NCBI GenBank assembly: GCA_046861385.1
Contig: JBHHTW010000002.1
Location: forward strand, 64,001-128,000
DNA length: 64,000 bases
Direction: 5' to 3'
Origin: Fidelibacterota bacterium
Lineage (GTDB): Bacteria > Fidelibacterota > Marinisomatia > Marinisomatales > TCS55
Positions within the stretch are counted from its first letter, which is position 1. Every line of letters starts with the position of its first letter. The translations under genes and the position numbers were made by a program. Positions 42,516 to 52,746 of this stretch are shown here, piece by piece. Below the pieces are notes generated by a model. It searched no databases. It was not told where the DNA came from and worked only from the letters and a program-made list of their open reading frames with translations.

Positions 42516-43391
42516 ATGATTCCACAAGAAATATTAAAAAAAGTTCGACATATTGAGATTCGAACAAAAGGACTGGTTAACGAACTGTTTGGAGGGGAAT
42601 ATCATTCAGTTTTCAAAGGTCGCGGGATGACATTTTCGGAAGTTCGGGAATACCAGCCCGGAGATGACATTCGTCTGATTGATTGGAATGTAACAGCCCG
42701 CTCCGGTTCTCCATTTGTCAAAATATTTGAAGAAGAAAGAGAATTGACTGTGTATCTAATGGTTGATATCAGTCGATCGGGTCATTTTGGTACTCAATTA
42801 CAGTTTAAGAGTGAAATTGCTGCTGAAATAGCGGCTGTTCTTGGATTTTCAGCAATAAAAAATAATGATAAAGTCGGACTAATTCTCTTTAGCGACGAAG
42901 TCGAGAAATATATAGCACCAAAAAAGGGGAAATCACACGTATTACGTGTCGTGCGTGAGCTTCTTTACCATCAGCCAAAAAGAAAAGGAACGTCATTAAT
43001 AACAGCGATAGATTTTTTATTACACGTTGCCAAAAGACGTAGTGTCGTCTTCCTTTTATCTGATTTTATAGATGACGGTTACTGGACCAGGTTAAAGATA
43101 GCAAACCGGAAACATGATATGATTGGCTTGCAAATGTCTGATCCTTTCGAGTTAAACATTCCCGATATTGGTTTGGTTAAGGTTCATGATCCGGAAACAG
43201 AAGAATCTTTTTGGATTGATACCAGCTCAAATGCTGAACGTATGTTATTTAAAAACCAGATAATTGAAGGAAAAGAAGCATTTAAAAAGAAATGTAATCG
43301 TATTGGGTTTGATCTGATCAATATTTTGACAGATAAAGATTATGTGGAACCTATAATGACGTATTTTAAAACTCGGGAAAATCGGAATTGA
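42516..43391 (+). CDS. DUF58 family protein
   Basis: FSEVREYQPGDDIRLIDWNVTAR, LLSDF. Confidence 0.93.
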   Translation: MIPQEILKKVRHIEIRTKGLVNELFGGEYHSVFKGRGMTFSEVREYQPGDDIRLIDWNVTARSGSPFVKIFEEERELTVYLMVDISRSGHFGTQLQFKSEIAAEIAAVLGFSAIKNNDKVGLILFSDEVEKYIAPKKGKSHVLRVVRELLYHQPKRKGTSLITAIDFLLHVAKRRSVVFLLSDFIDDGYWTRLKIANRKHDMIGLQMSDPFELNIPDIGLVKVHDPETEESFWIDTSSNAERMLFKNQIIEGKEAFKKKCNRIGFDLINILTDKDYVEPIMTYFKTRENRN

Positions 43392-44320
43392 ATCGAATAT
43401 TATTACTGGTTACTATTTTGGTTCTGATAGGGTGTGGTTCTGACGTAGATCAAAAATCAATTTCACTGGTAAGCGAAATTGATACAACGACATCTACCAT
43501 TGGTGATATTATTCATTATTCAATACAAATTAATGGTATTGATGATCAATATGTAGTACTTAATGCGTTTGAGAAACCAGATGCATTGGAATTGAGAAAA
43601 TCAAATATTACTTACATGGAAAATGGATATTTAAATGAAATGCAATTCGTTTTTTGGGATACTGGACGTTTTGCAATTCCATCTTTTGATTTTGCAATCA
43701 TGAATAGTGACAGTACAATGAATACACAGATGCAAACCGATCCCATTTCTGTATTAGTCGTTTCATCAACAGATCCGACAATGGCGGGAGCTATGAAGCC
43801 GGTTAAAGATCCAGTACCGGTATCAATACCAATTAACCGGATAATAGTAATATGGACATTGTTATTAATTATTTCACTGGCTGTAATGATATGGTTGAGT
43901 TTCAAGTACAAAAAAGAACCGTTGATGGGGAACCCGACCATCCGTTTACCCTCGCCAGATGAAGTGGCGATCGGAAAAATTAACCTCCTTAAAACCAATA
44001 AAGAATTTCAAACAAATCCCAAAGAATTGTATGTACAAATATCTTATATTTTAAGAGAATATGTCGAGAGTAGTTTATTTTATAAAACATTGGAAATGAC
44101 AACGAATGAAATTCAGGATTTAAAAAACCATTTTCCATTTTCAGAACAGGAGATGAAAGAATGGATAACCCTTTTAAATCGTTCGGATATGATAAAATAT
44201 GCAAAAATGATTCCTGAAACTCAAACATGGATGGATGATTTAACGACAGCCGAACAATTTATTAAATCAACAACTCCCTATTGGAAACGGGTGGGAACCA
44301 GTGGAGTAGTTACTGGTTGA
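43388..44320 (+). CDS. BatD-like membrane protein of the MoxR locus
   Basis: Ig-like N-terminal region, one TM, ILREY..EMTTNE..DMIKYAK. Confidence 0.7.
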   Translation: MNRILLLVTILVLIGCGSDVDQKSISLVSEIDTTTSTIGDIIHYSIQINGIDDQYVVLNAFEKPDALELRKSNITYMENGYLNEMQFVFWDTGRFAIPSFDFAIMNSDSTMNTQMQTDPISVLVVSSTDPTMAGAMKPVKDPVPVSIPINRIIVIWTLLLIISLAVMIWLSFKYKKEPLMGNPTIRLPSPDEVAIGKINLLKTNKEFQTNPKELYVQISYILREYVESSLFYKTLEMTTNEIQDLKNHFPFSEQEMKEWITLLNRSDMIKYAKMIPETQTWMDDLTTAEQFIKSTTPYWKRVGTSGVVTG

Positions 44321-44550
44321 ATAGTCGCTGGTAGAATGGTAAAAAGGAGAATAAAAATGGTGGCGAGGTTTATTCAATTACCCAACCAGTCAACCACTCG
44401 TCCTCCGAAGACAAAGTGCGGGAGGAAAAATGGAAAGCAGGTGGATCATTCATCCATTGATTCATTCAAGCATTCAATTTATTATCACACTCCGGCAACA
44501 ACTCACCACCTCTCACGGCTGCCCAGTTACCAATTACTATTCACTATTTT
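44321..44550. repeat. Low-complexity intergenic tract with degenerate 7-8-mer repeats
   Basis: cattcatccattgattcattcaagcattcaat; caaccagtcaaccact; ttaccaattactattcactatt. Confidence 0.45.
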
Positions 44551-44614
44551 TTTTATGCTCGTTTGGGAATACAGACTCTCTGAATTAAATTTAATGCTTA
44601 ATTGAAGGAACCGA

Positions 44615-45178
44615 ATGGCAACTACAGCAAATATAAAAAACGGTGCAGTTATTCTGCATAAAAATAAACGGATGAAATTTATCGAATTTTTGCATGTCAA
44701 ACCGGGAAAAGGACCGGCATTTGTGCGAACAAAATTGAAAGATATAAAAACGGGTAAGGTCGTCGACGAAACATTCAATGCAGGTGTCAAACTGGAATTC
44801 ATTCGCATTGAGGCAAAAGAAATGCAATACTTGTATGAGGACGGTGATCAATACATATTTATGGATAACCAGACTTACGATCAAATTAATGTGAATCCAG
44901 AAGTGTTGGGAAACAACAAGGCATTTCTAAAGGCCGGAATGAATGTGGACCTATTGTTCGATGGAATAGAAGTATTAGATATCCGGCTACCGGCCCATGT
45001 TCATTTGGAAGTAACGCATACCGAACCGGGGATGAGAGGCAATACAGCGACTGGGGCTACGAAGTCTGCAACTGTTGAGACAGGATACGAGGTGCAAGTT
45101 CCTTTGTTTATTGATACCGGTGATGTGCTAAAAATAGACACACGAACAGGTGATTATGTCGAAAGATCAAAAATTTAA
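44615..45178 (+). CDS. efp: Elongation factor P (PGKGP loop)
   Basis: [28 protein letters not shown]. Confidence 0.97.
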   Translation: MATTANIKNGAVILHKNKRMKFIEFLHVKPGKGPAFVRTKLKDIKTGKVVDETFNAGVKLEFIRIEAKEMQYLYEDGDQYIFMDNQTYDQINVNPEVLGNNKAFLKAGMNVDLLFDGIEVLDIRLPAHVHLEVTHTEPGMRGNTATGATKSATVETGYEVQVPLFIDTGDVLKIDTRTGDYVERSKI

Positions 45179-45198
45179 TCCATTCTATAGGGGAAATA

Positions 45199-45663
45199 AT
45201 GTGGCAGGATAAACTGAAGGAAATTATATATATCCTTGAACATAGTAATGTAAATGAAATTGATGTAACTTTTCTCGGACGACGATTTCGCGTAGTGAAA
45301 TCTACTCCGGTAACTGCTGTTGCTTCTCAAAATCCAACCGAAGCAAACGTTTCAATGACGCCCGTTTCACCCAGTGTGAAAGAAACAACTGACGATACTG
45401 CTGGTGAAACAACATCAGTTGGAAAAGAAGTTTTGTCACCAATGCCGGGAACATTTTACCGTGCAGCAGGTCCAGAGGACAAAGCGTTTGTTCAAGCAGG
45501 CGATGTTGTAAAAAAAGGTGACCCACTTTGTATTATCGAAGCAATGAAAATCATGAATGAAATTGAATCTGAAGAAAGTGGAATTATACGGAATATTTTA
45601 GTAGAAAATGCTCAACCTGTCGAATATAATCAGCCTCTGTTTGTTATTGATCCAAACGGATAA
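45199..45663 (+). CDS. accB: Biotin carboxyl carrier protein
   Basis: [17 protein letters not shown]. Confidence 0.96.
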   Translation: MWQDKLKEIIYILEHSNVNEIDVTFLGRRFRVVKSTPVTAVASQNPTEANVSMTPVSPSVKETTDDTAGETTSVGKEVLSPMPGTFYRAAGPEDKAFVQAGDVVKKGDPLCIIEAMKIMNEIESEESGIIRNILVENAQPVEYNQPLFVIDPNG

Positions 45664-45666
45664 ATA

Positions 45667-47022
45667 ATGTTCAAAAAGATTCTGATTGCCAATCGGGGTG
45701 AGATCGCACTGAGAATCATCCGGGCCTGCCATGAATTAGGGGTTAAAACAGTCGCTGTTTATTCAACAGCCGATGAATATTCATTACACGTCAAATTCGC
45801 CGATGAAGCTGTATGCATTGGTCCGCCTCCAAGTGCGGAAAGTTATTTAAATATTCCAAGAATTATTGCTGCAGCGGAAATTACCGATGCAGACGCCATC
45901 CATCCCGGATACGGGTTTTTAGCTGAAAATGCGGAATTTTCTCGAATTTGCTCAGAAAATGAATTCATATTTATTGGACCATCAGCAGAAATTATTAATG
46001 CAATGGGCAATAAATCCCAAGCAAAAGAAACCATGAAAAATGCCGGTGTTCCTGTCATTCCCGGGAGTGACAGGATATTAGAAAATTCTACAGCCGCAAT
46101 GAAGGATGCGGAAGCAATTGGTTATCCAGTCATGGTAAAAGCATCTGCCGGTGGAGGCGGTAAAGGAATGCGACTGGTTAAAGAATCCAAGGATATGGTC
46201 AAAACATTCAATACAGCGAGCAACGAGGCGAAAAATGCATTTAACAACGGCGAAATGTACATGGAAAAATTTGTAGAAAACCCCCGTCACATTGAAGTCC
46301 AGATTTTGATGGACATTCACGGAAACTGTATTCATTTAGGTGAAAGAGAATGTTCGATTCAGCGAAAGCATCAAAAACTCGTTGAAGAATCACCCTCACC
46401 GTTTGTTAATGAAGAATTACGCAGGGAAATGGGTGAAATGGCAATCCGCGGAGCTAGAGCTGTTAATTATGTTGGTGTTGGAACGATTGAATTTTTATTG
46501 GATAATAATCATAATTATTATTTTATGGAGATGAATACGCGTATCCAGGTGGAACACACAATCACTGAAATGGTCACTGGTGTGGATCTTATTAAGCAGC
46601 AGATTCGAATGCACGCAGGAGAAAAATACCCGGAAATTTACCAAAATTTTAGAATGAGGGGTCATTCTATTGAGTGCCGAATCAATGCAGAAGACCCTGA
46701 AAAGAATTTTATGCCATTTCCTGCGACAATTACCAGTCTTCATTTCCCTGGAGGAAAAGGGGTCCGAGTGGACTCCCACGCCTACGCCGGTTATGAAATA
46801 CCCAGGTATTATGACTCCATGATCGGGAAACTGATTGTTTTTGCCCGGGATCGTGATCGGGCAATTGTTCGAATGAAAAGAGCATTGGAAGAGACCATCA
46901 TTGAAGGGCCAAAAACGACCATTCCCTTTCATCAGGCAATCATGAAAAATGAACAATTTATATCAGGTGATTTTGACACAAGTTTTTTGGAATCCTTTAA
47001 TTATCAACCTGAAAATAATTGA
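45667..47022 (+). CDS. accC: Biotin carboxylase
   Basis: [38 protein letters not shown]. Confidence 0.97.
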   Translation: MFKKILIANRGEIALRIIRACHELGVKTVAVYSTADEYSLHVKFADEAVCIGPPPSAESYLNIPRIIAAAEITDADAIHPGYGFLAENAEFSRICSENEFIFIGPSAEIINAMGNKSQAKETMKNAGVPVIPGSDRILENSTAAMKDAEAIGYPVMVKASAGGGGKGMRLVKESKDMVKTFNTASNEAKNAFNNGEMYMEKFVENPRHIEVQILMDIHGNCIHLGERECSIQRKHQKLVEESPSPFVNEELRREMGEMAIRGARAVNYVGVGTIEFLLDNNHNYYFMEMNTRIQVEHTITEMVTGVDLIKQQIRMHAGEKYPEIYQNFRMRGHSIECRINAEDPEKNFMPFPATITSLHFPGGKGVRVDSHAYAGYEIPRYYDSMIGKLIVFARDRDRAIVRMKRALEETIIEGPKTTIPFHQAIMKNEQFISGDFDTSFLESFNYQPENN

Positions 47023-47039
47023 ATATGGAGAAATCATTA

Positions 47040-47417
47040 ATGAACATTCCGTCAATATTAAAATATACTAAAGATCATGAGTGGGTGGCTATCAACGATA
47101 ATATTATCACCATTGGTATAACTGATTTTGCCCAGGGGGAGTTGGGTGATATTGTGTTTGTTGAATTTCCGGAGGTGGGTGAGAGTTTCGATGCAGAAGA
47201 GCCATTTGGTACAATCGAAGCGGTAAAAACAGTGGCTGATCTTTTTGCTCCGGTGAGTGGTGAAATTGTTGAAATCAATACTGAATTAGATCATAGACCT
47301 GAAAAAGTAAATTCTGACCCTTATGGTGACGGTTGGATTGTTAAATTAAAGGTATCCGAATTTGGTGAAGTGGATGAATTAATGGATGCAGCGTCTTACG
47401 AAGAATTGATTGGTTAA
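47040..47417 (+). CDS. gcvH: Glycine cleavage system H protein
   Basis: YTKDHEW, GITDFAQGELGD, EAVKTV lipoyl site; start uncertain (47025 or 47040). Confidence 0.96.
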   Translation: MNIPSILKYTKDHEWVAINDNIITIGITDFAQGELGDIVFVEFPEVGESFDAEEPFGTIEAVKTVADLFAPVSGEIVEINTELDHRPEKVNSDPYGDGWIVKLKVSEFGEVDELMDAASYEELIG

Positions 47418-47476
47418 ATGAAAACTACCCATGATTAATAATTTAATTCATAAGTACTCTCCTTCAATTTCATATT

Positions 47477-47574
47477 TGTCTTCACGAGGAGGTTATGACG
47501 AAGTGATCTCCTTGGATTTGATTATAGAAGGAGATTGCCGCATCATTCCGCACACGGGATGTCTCGCAATGACA
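47477..47574. repeat. TGTC...GACA palindromic element, family B copy 1
   Basis: tgtcttcacgag..gacgaagtgatctccttgga..agaaggagattgc..ctcgcaatgaca. Confidence 0.8.
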
Positions 47575-47608
47575 ATATTATTTTATGGCAAAATACTATC
47601 GGAGTAAC

Positions 47609-48367
47609 ATGAATTCAGTTTATCAATATTTACTTAATGTAAAGTCCAAAAAAGGTGCCGGATATATTGTTCTCATTGATCCGGATGAAAAGAATGACGA
47701 TAACCTCATTTCCCAAGTTCATGCAGCCAACGTCTCCGGTGTGGACGCATTTTTTGTCGGTGGTAGTCTCATGATGGATAGTAAACATAATGCTCGCGTT
47801 GCCACCATCAAAAAAGAAGCGAACATTCCAGTCATATTTTTCCCCGGTGGTGTCAATCAAATTAATAGTCATTATGATGCCATGCTGTTCATGTCTTTGC
47901 TATCGGGACGTAATCCGCAATATCTTATCGGTGAACAGGTCGTTGCTGCTCCCATTGTAAAAGATCTGGAGATTGAGGTAATCCCAACGGCTTATTTACT
48001 TTTTGATGGTGGTACCCGGTCGACGGTAGAGGTTATGAGCGGGACTAAACCATTACCCATGAGTCGACCGGATATTGCTGTTGCCCACGCATTGGCTGCT
48101 GAATATTTAGGAAACAAACTCATTTATCTTGAAGCAGGAAGCGGTGCTAAAGAAGCAATTCCAATTGAGATAATTCAAACCATAACTGATCAGACAGATG
48201 TACCTCTGATCGTCGGAGGTGGAATACGAACACCAGATGAAGCAAAAGACCGGGTCGAAGCAGGCGCTTCATTTATTGTGACAGGCACTGTGTTGGAAGA
48301 AAACAGCGGAAGCGGGTTAATGGATGAATTTGCTGACGCTGTACATAGAAAAATTACTTCAGTATAG
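47609..48367 (+). CDS. Geranylgeranylglyceryl phosphate synthase family (group II-like)
   Basis: VLIDPDE, VGGS, LLSGRNPQYLIGEQ, IYLEAGSGA, VGGGIR, VTGT; start 47609 after GGAG (alternative 47585). Confidence 0.9.
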   Translation: MNSVYQYLLNVKSKKGAGYIVLIDPDEKNDDNLISQVHAANVSGVDAFFVGGSLMMDSKHNARVATIKKEANIPVIFFPGGVNQINSHYDAMLFMSLLSGRNPQYLIGEQVVAAPIVKDLEIEVIPTAYLLFDGGTRSTVEVMSGTKPLPMSRPDIAVAHALAAEYLGNKLIYLEAGSGAKEAIPIEIIQTITDQTDVPLIVGGGIRTPDEAKDRVEAGASFIVTGTVLEENSGSGLMDEFADAVHRKITSV

Positions 48368-48422
48368 GTTAATGATTGTGATCTTATGATTTACGAGTGT
48401 AATTATACAATTACAACATTTC

Positions 48423-48518
48423 TGTCATCACGAGAAACGGAGCGACGAAGTGATCTCCTTGGAAGTGATGAAAGAAGGAGATGGCTTCATCGCTCATCCC
48501 TCACTTCTTGCAATGACA
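48423..48518. repeat. TGTC...GACA palindromic element, family B copy 2
   Basis: tgtcatcacgag..gacgaagtgatctccttgga..agaaggagatggc..cttgcaatgaca; 20-nt core identical to copy 1. Confidence 0.8.
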
Positions 48519-48560
48519 TTAATTTCTTTCAAATTATAATCGATACCAGGTTAAAAAATC

Positions 48561-49139
48561 ATGATTAATCGACAGGATATTATTAAAAAGATTAGAGAAA
48601 GTTCTGATGTTGTAAATACCATGATTGTTGCTTGTGCTGAGGAGATTGAAAACGCTGCAGAATTGATGATAAAGGCAGTTCAAAATGGAAAAAAGATCTT
48701 ATGGTGCGGAAACGGCGGTAGCGCTGCAGATGCTCAACATATGGCAGCAGAACTCATGGGCGGATTGGTAACTCATGATCGTCCTGCCATTCAATCCATA
48801 GCCCTTACAACAGATACGTCATTCATCACTGCCTGGGCAAATGACACTGATTACGAATCCATATTTTCTCGCCAGATTGAGGGCCTCGGCGATGGAGGCG
48901 ATGTTTTGATTGCAATTTCCACTAGTGGAAATTCCAAAAACGTGATAAGAGCTGTGGATGCGTGTAAAAAGAAAGGAATTTCTGTTATTGTCCTGACCGG
49001 TAAAGCAGGTGGAATTTTAAAAGACATGGGTGATATTACGATTTCGATTCCCAGTAGTGATACACAGCGCATCCAAGAAGGGCATTTACTGGCAGAACAC
49101 ATCCTCTGCGAATTACTTGAAAAGTCTGTCATAGGATAA
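48561..49139 (+). CDS. gmhA: Sedoheptulose-7-phosphate isomerase
   Basis: CGNGGSAADAQH, ISTSGNS, RIQEGH. Confidence 0.95.
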   Translation: MINRQDIIKKIRESSDVVNTMIVACAEEIENAAELMIKAVQNGKKILWCGNGGSAADAQHMAAELMGGLVTHDRPAIQSIALTTDTSFITAWANDTDYESIFSRQIEGLGDGGDVLIAISTSGNSKNVIRAVDACKKKGISVIVLTGKAGGILKDMGDITISIPSSDTQRIQEGHLLAEHILCELLEKSVIG

Positions 49140-49142
49140 GAA

Positions 49143-50033
49143 ATGGAAGCACATCTCTATGATTATATCACCATGCTCCGAGTGGAACGAAACCTGTCAC
49201 TAAATACTATTGAGGCGTATCGTCGCGATCTAAAAAACTATATTTCCTATTTAGAGGACAGAGGGCTGAAAAGCATTAGTGGAATTAAGCAAAAACATAT
49301 TCGGGGATTTATCCGGGAATTGGCCGACGCTCATTTATCACCTGCCAGCATTGCACGGATATTTTCATCCATTCGAACCTATCATTCATTTTTGAGCACA
49401 GAACATTTTTCAAATACAAATCCATCCCAACTGCTTGAAGCACCAAAGTTACCTCGTAAACTGCCGGAAATTTTAACGGTTCAGGAAGTGGATGATATAT
49501 TGGATGCGGTGGATAGATCAGCAAAATTAGGCAAAAGAGATTTGGCATTATTGGAAATATTATATTCAACGGGACTTCGAGTGTCGGAAGTTTGCAATCT
49601 TAATTTAACCGGAATATTATTCGACTTTGAAATGATCCGTGTTATCGGCAAAGGTGATAAAGAACGTCTAGTCCCCTTGGGGAAGCAAGCTTTGGAGCGG
49701 TTGAACGACTATATTCAAAAAGAACGCCCGGCTCTTTCCCGCAAACGAGAAACAAAAGGCATTGTTTTTTTAAGCAGGAACAGCAGACCGCTGACGAGAA
49801 TGACGGTCTATAATATTTTAAAGAAATGGTGCCAGGCAGCAGGGATTACCAAAAAAGTCAGCCCTCATACTATGAGACATTCGTTTGCCACGCACTTATT
49901 GGAAGGCGGCGCCGACCTGCGAGCCGTTCAGGAAATGCTGGGGCACGTGGATATTTCCACTACCCAGATTTATACCCATTTAGATAAAGAACATTTGAAG
50001 GAGGTTCACCGGACATTTCATCCCCGGTGGTAA
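49143..50033 (+). CDS. xerD: Tyrosine recombinase XerD
   Basis: TGLRVSE, GKGDKERLVP, SPHTMRHSFATHLL, LGH..ISTTQIYTH. Confidence 0.92.
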   Translation: MEAHLYDYITMLRVERNLSLNTIEAYRRDLKNYISYLEDRGLKSISGIKQKHIRGFIRELADAHLSPASIARIFSSIRTYHSFLSTEHFSNTNPSQLLEAPKLPRKLPEILTVQEVDDILDAVDRSAKLGKRDLALLEILYSTGLRVSEVCNLNLTGILFDFEMIRVIGKGDKERLVPLGKQALERLNDYIQKERPALSRKRETKGIVFLSRNSRPLTRMTVYNILKKWCQAAGITKKVSPHTMRHSFATHLLEGGADLRAVQEMLGHVDISTTQIYTHLDKEHLKEVHRTFHPRW

Positions 50034-50036
50034 ATT

Positions 50037-50654
50037 ATGTTATTTAGAATTCCTGTAGAAATATTAGTCTTATTAATTCCTGTGTTGCTGTTTGCTCTGG
50101 TTTTTCATGAATTTTCACATGCCTGGGTCGCCAATAAACTGGGTGATCCCACAGCCCGTTATTCCGGAAGGCTCACGCTAAATCCAATGGCACATTTAGA
50201 TCCATTCGGTTCATTAATGATTTTGTTTGTGGGCTTTGGCTGGGCGAAACCGGTACCGGTGGATACCCGGTATCTTTCCAATCCACGGGTGGATATGATG
50301 AAGATCGCCTTTGCTGGGCCGGCAGCAAATCTATTATTGGCATTCATTGGCGGAACAATTATTCGGTCTGGTTTTGTGGACGGATCCATTGCAACTATGC
50401 TTTTTTTATTTACTCAGATCAACATTATGTTGGCAGTATTTAATATGATTCCCATCCCACCATTGGACGGCTCCCAAATATTTTCGGGAATTATGATGAA
50501 GAGAAATCCGGAGCTTGTTTACAAACTGCAGACCTATGGACCACAAATATTATTGGGATTAATCATGATTGGATATTTTACAAGAATCTCACCTATTTGG
50601 ATGGTGATGAGTCCCTTTGTAAATTTCTTTCTATTTCTTTTTGCCGGTTTATGA
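50037..50654 (+). CDS. Site-2 protease (M50) family protein
   Basis: HEFSH, AGPAAN, FNMIPIPPLDG. Confidence 0.93.
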   Translation: MLFRIPVEILVLLIPVLLFALVFHEFSHAWVANKLGDPTARYSGRLTLNPMAHLDPFGSLMILFVGFGWAKPVPVDTRYLSNPRVDMMKIAFAGPAANLLLAFIGGTIIRSGFVDGSIATMLFLFTQINIMLAVFNMIPIPPLDGSQIFSGIMMKRNPELVYKLQTYGPQILLGLIMIGYFTRISPIWMVMSPFVNFFLFLFAGL

Positions 50655-50794
50655 TCAGGGACGAAAATACTCATTATTTCAGAAGAATTATAGATCGGCG
50701 ACAACCAGCCCGTTCTCTCGTAAGGACAATAATATTACTGGCTGCAGTCATTTGGCTAATTTATTATTTAATGAAATTTGCGGGAACGGGGTAA
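50651..50794 (+). CDS. Small single-TM hypothetical protein (47 aa)
   Basis: ATGA overlap with the upstream gene; basic N-terminus then a TM helix; fills the gap to ftcD. Confidence 0.6.
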   Translation: MIRDENTHYFRRIIDRRQPARSLVRTIILLAAVIWLIYYLMKFAGTG

Positions 50795-50798
50795 TTTC

Positions 50799-52496
50799 AT
50801 GAAACAGCTTGTAGAATGTGTACCTAATTTTTCTGAAGGACGAGATCTCACCAAGATCAAGCAGATTACAGATGCCATTGAAGCAGTGGATGGTATTACA
50901 CTATTAGACGTTGATCCCGGTAAGGACACAAATCGGACTGTGGTTACATTTGTTGGATCGGTTGAAGATGTTGAAACTGCCGCCTTTCAAGCTATTGCCA
51001 TGGCAGCAGAAGTGATTGATATGAGCCGGCATTCCGGCGCCCATGCCAGGATGGGTGCAACTGATGTATGTCCATTTGTTCCGGTAAGTGGTGTAACCGT
51101 AAACGATTGCGTTAAACTATCCCATCGAGTAGCACAGCGTGTGGGTGATGAATTAAAAATCCCTGTATTTCTTTATGAACATTCAGCACAGACTGAAGAG
51201 CGAAAAAGTCTTCCTAAAATTCGCAGTGGTGAATATGAAGGGCTGGCTAAAAAATTGAAAGATCCAAATTGGAAACCCGATTATGGTCCGGCAATATTTA
51301 ATTCTAAAACTGGAGCTACGGTTATGGGCGCTCGTGAATTTCTCATTGCTTACAATATCAATCTGAATACAAAAGATCAACGATTGGCCACTGATATTGC
51401 CTTTGAACTTCGTGAGAAGGGTAGAAGCCAACGGATTCCCAATCCCGATTCTCCTAATCTCCTTGACGGCGAAATTGTTCGGGATGAGAATGGGAAAGCA
51501 GTTAAAGTGCCCGGTATATTTAAAGATGTAAAAGCAGTGGGCTGGTACATTGATGAATTCAAGCGATCGCAAATATCTATCAACTTTAATAATTACAAAG
51601 TCTCCACCATTCATGATGTGTTTGATAAAGCATGTGAATTAGCCACAGAGCGGGGTATTCGCGTCACAGGGAGTGAATTGGTTGGCCTTATTCCTAAAGA
51701 AGCTTTATTGATGGCAGGTCGACATTATCTTCACAAACAACGCCGCACTGCCGCCGTGCCGGAAACAGATATTATCGAATGTGCTTTACATTCATTGGGA
51801 TTAAATGATTTATATCCATTTAAACCGGAGGAAAAAATTGTTGAATTTGCTGTTGGTGAAAAGAACGGACCACTCATGAGCAAAACAGTAGATGGTTTTG
51901 TCAATGAACTGTCATCTAATTCTCCGGCACCCGGCGGCGGCAGCGTCGCTGCCCTGGCTGGAAGCCTCGGTGCGGCATTGGTATCCATGGTGGCCGCATT
52001 GACTCATGAGAAAAAAGGGTTTGAAGGCTTGAAAGATGAAATGGAAATCATGGGTAATAAAGCACAGGAAATAAAAGATAGGTTGTCATTTTTGGTGGAT
52101 GAGGACACTCAAGCATTCAACGCAGTGATGGATGCGAACCGTTTACCTTCAAACTCTGAAAAAGAAAGAGCATCAAAACAAATGGCCGTGATTACTGCAA
52201 ACAAACATGCCATTGAAGTTCCTTTGGAGGCGGCAGAACTTTCATTATCGGTATTGGAAATCGCTGAAGACCTGGTGGAAAAAGGAAATCCGAATTCTGT
52301 TAGTGATGTTGGCGTCGCAGGAGAAACCGCCCTTGCTGCTGTTCGTGGAACGTGCATGAATGTGCTGATTAACCTCCCGAATATCAAAGATAAGTCCTAT
52401 ACAGATAGTAAAAAGAAACGTATAGATAAACTGTTAACTGAAGCTCAAAAACTTGAACAAAAGATCTATCGCCAGACGATGAAAATGATAGGTTAG
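50799..52496 (+). CDS. ftcD: Bifunctional glutamate formiminotransferase / formiminotetrahydrofolate cyclodeaminase
   Basis: LVECVPNFSEGR, H.RMGATDVCPF, C-terminal SPAPGGGS and GNPNSVSD. Confidence 0.95.
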   Translation: MKQLVECVPNFSEGRDLTKIKQITDAIEAVDGITLLDVDPGKDTNRTVVTFVGSVEDVETAAFQAIAMAAEVIDMSRHSGAHARMGATDVCPFVPVSGVTVNDCVKLSHRVAQRVGDELKIPVFLYEHSAQTEERKSLPKIRSGEYEGLAKKLKDPNWKPDYGPAIFNSKTGATVMGAREFLIAYNINLNTKDQRLATDIAFELREKGRSQRIPNPDSPNLLDGEIVRDENGKAVKVPGIFKDVKAVGWYIDEFKRSQISINFNNYKVSTIHDVFDKACELATERGIRVTGSELVGLIPKEALLMAGRHYLHKQRRTAAVPETDIIECALHSLGLNDLYPFKPEEKIVEFAVGEKNGPLMSKTVDGFVNELSSNSPAPGGGSVAALAGSLGAALVSMVAALTHEKKGFEGLKDEMEIMGNKAQEIKDRLSFLVDEDTQAFNAVMDANRLPSNSEKERASKQMAVITANKHAIEVPLEAAELSLSVLEIAEDLVEKGNPNSVSDVGVAGETALAAVRGTCMNVLINLPNIKDKSYTDSKKKRIDKLLTEAQKLEQKIYRQTMKMIG

Positions 52497-52501
52497 AAGA
52501 A

Positions 52502-52543
52502 GGAATATGGAATAAGGAATATGGTAGATGGAATATGGTAGAT
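52502..52543. repeat. Heptamer tandem repeat x6
   Basis: GGAATAT GGAATAA GGAATAT GGTAGAT GGAATAT GGTAGAT. Confidence 0.8.
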
Positions 52544-52746
52544 GTAAGAATGAGAAACCAGCTAATTACACAAACTATTCTACGGGATGAACCACTCGGT
52601 AGGTTCAAAGGCAGAAAATTAGAAAGAGGAATAAGGAAAATGACCAATATCCAAAATATGATTGAGTGTGGTCTCCAGACTCCACGAGCCAAATATCTAT
52701 TCCTCAATCACTCAATCAACCAATAATTCTTACACGATTAAATTTA

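Noticed and set aside
44336-44605. 89-aa ORF before efp
   Set aside because: It runs through low-complexity repeat DNA and has no recognisable protein features
48386-48568. 60-aa ORF between GGGPS and gmhA
   Set aside because: It is the translation of the family B palindromic element
49143-50033. xerD as the integron integrase for the attC-like sites
   Set aside because: It has typical XerD length and motifs, lacks the IntI-specific insertion, sits in a housekeeping operon and is over 4.5 kb from the array
52535-52746. 63-aa ORF and N-terminal extension of MutL
   Set aside because: Both derive from the repeat spacer; MutL homology begins at ATG 52747
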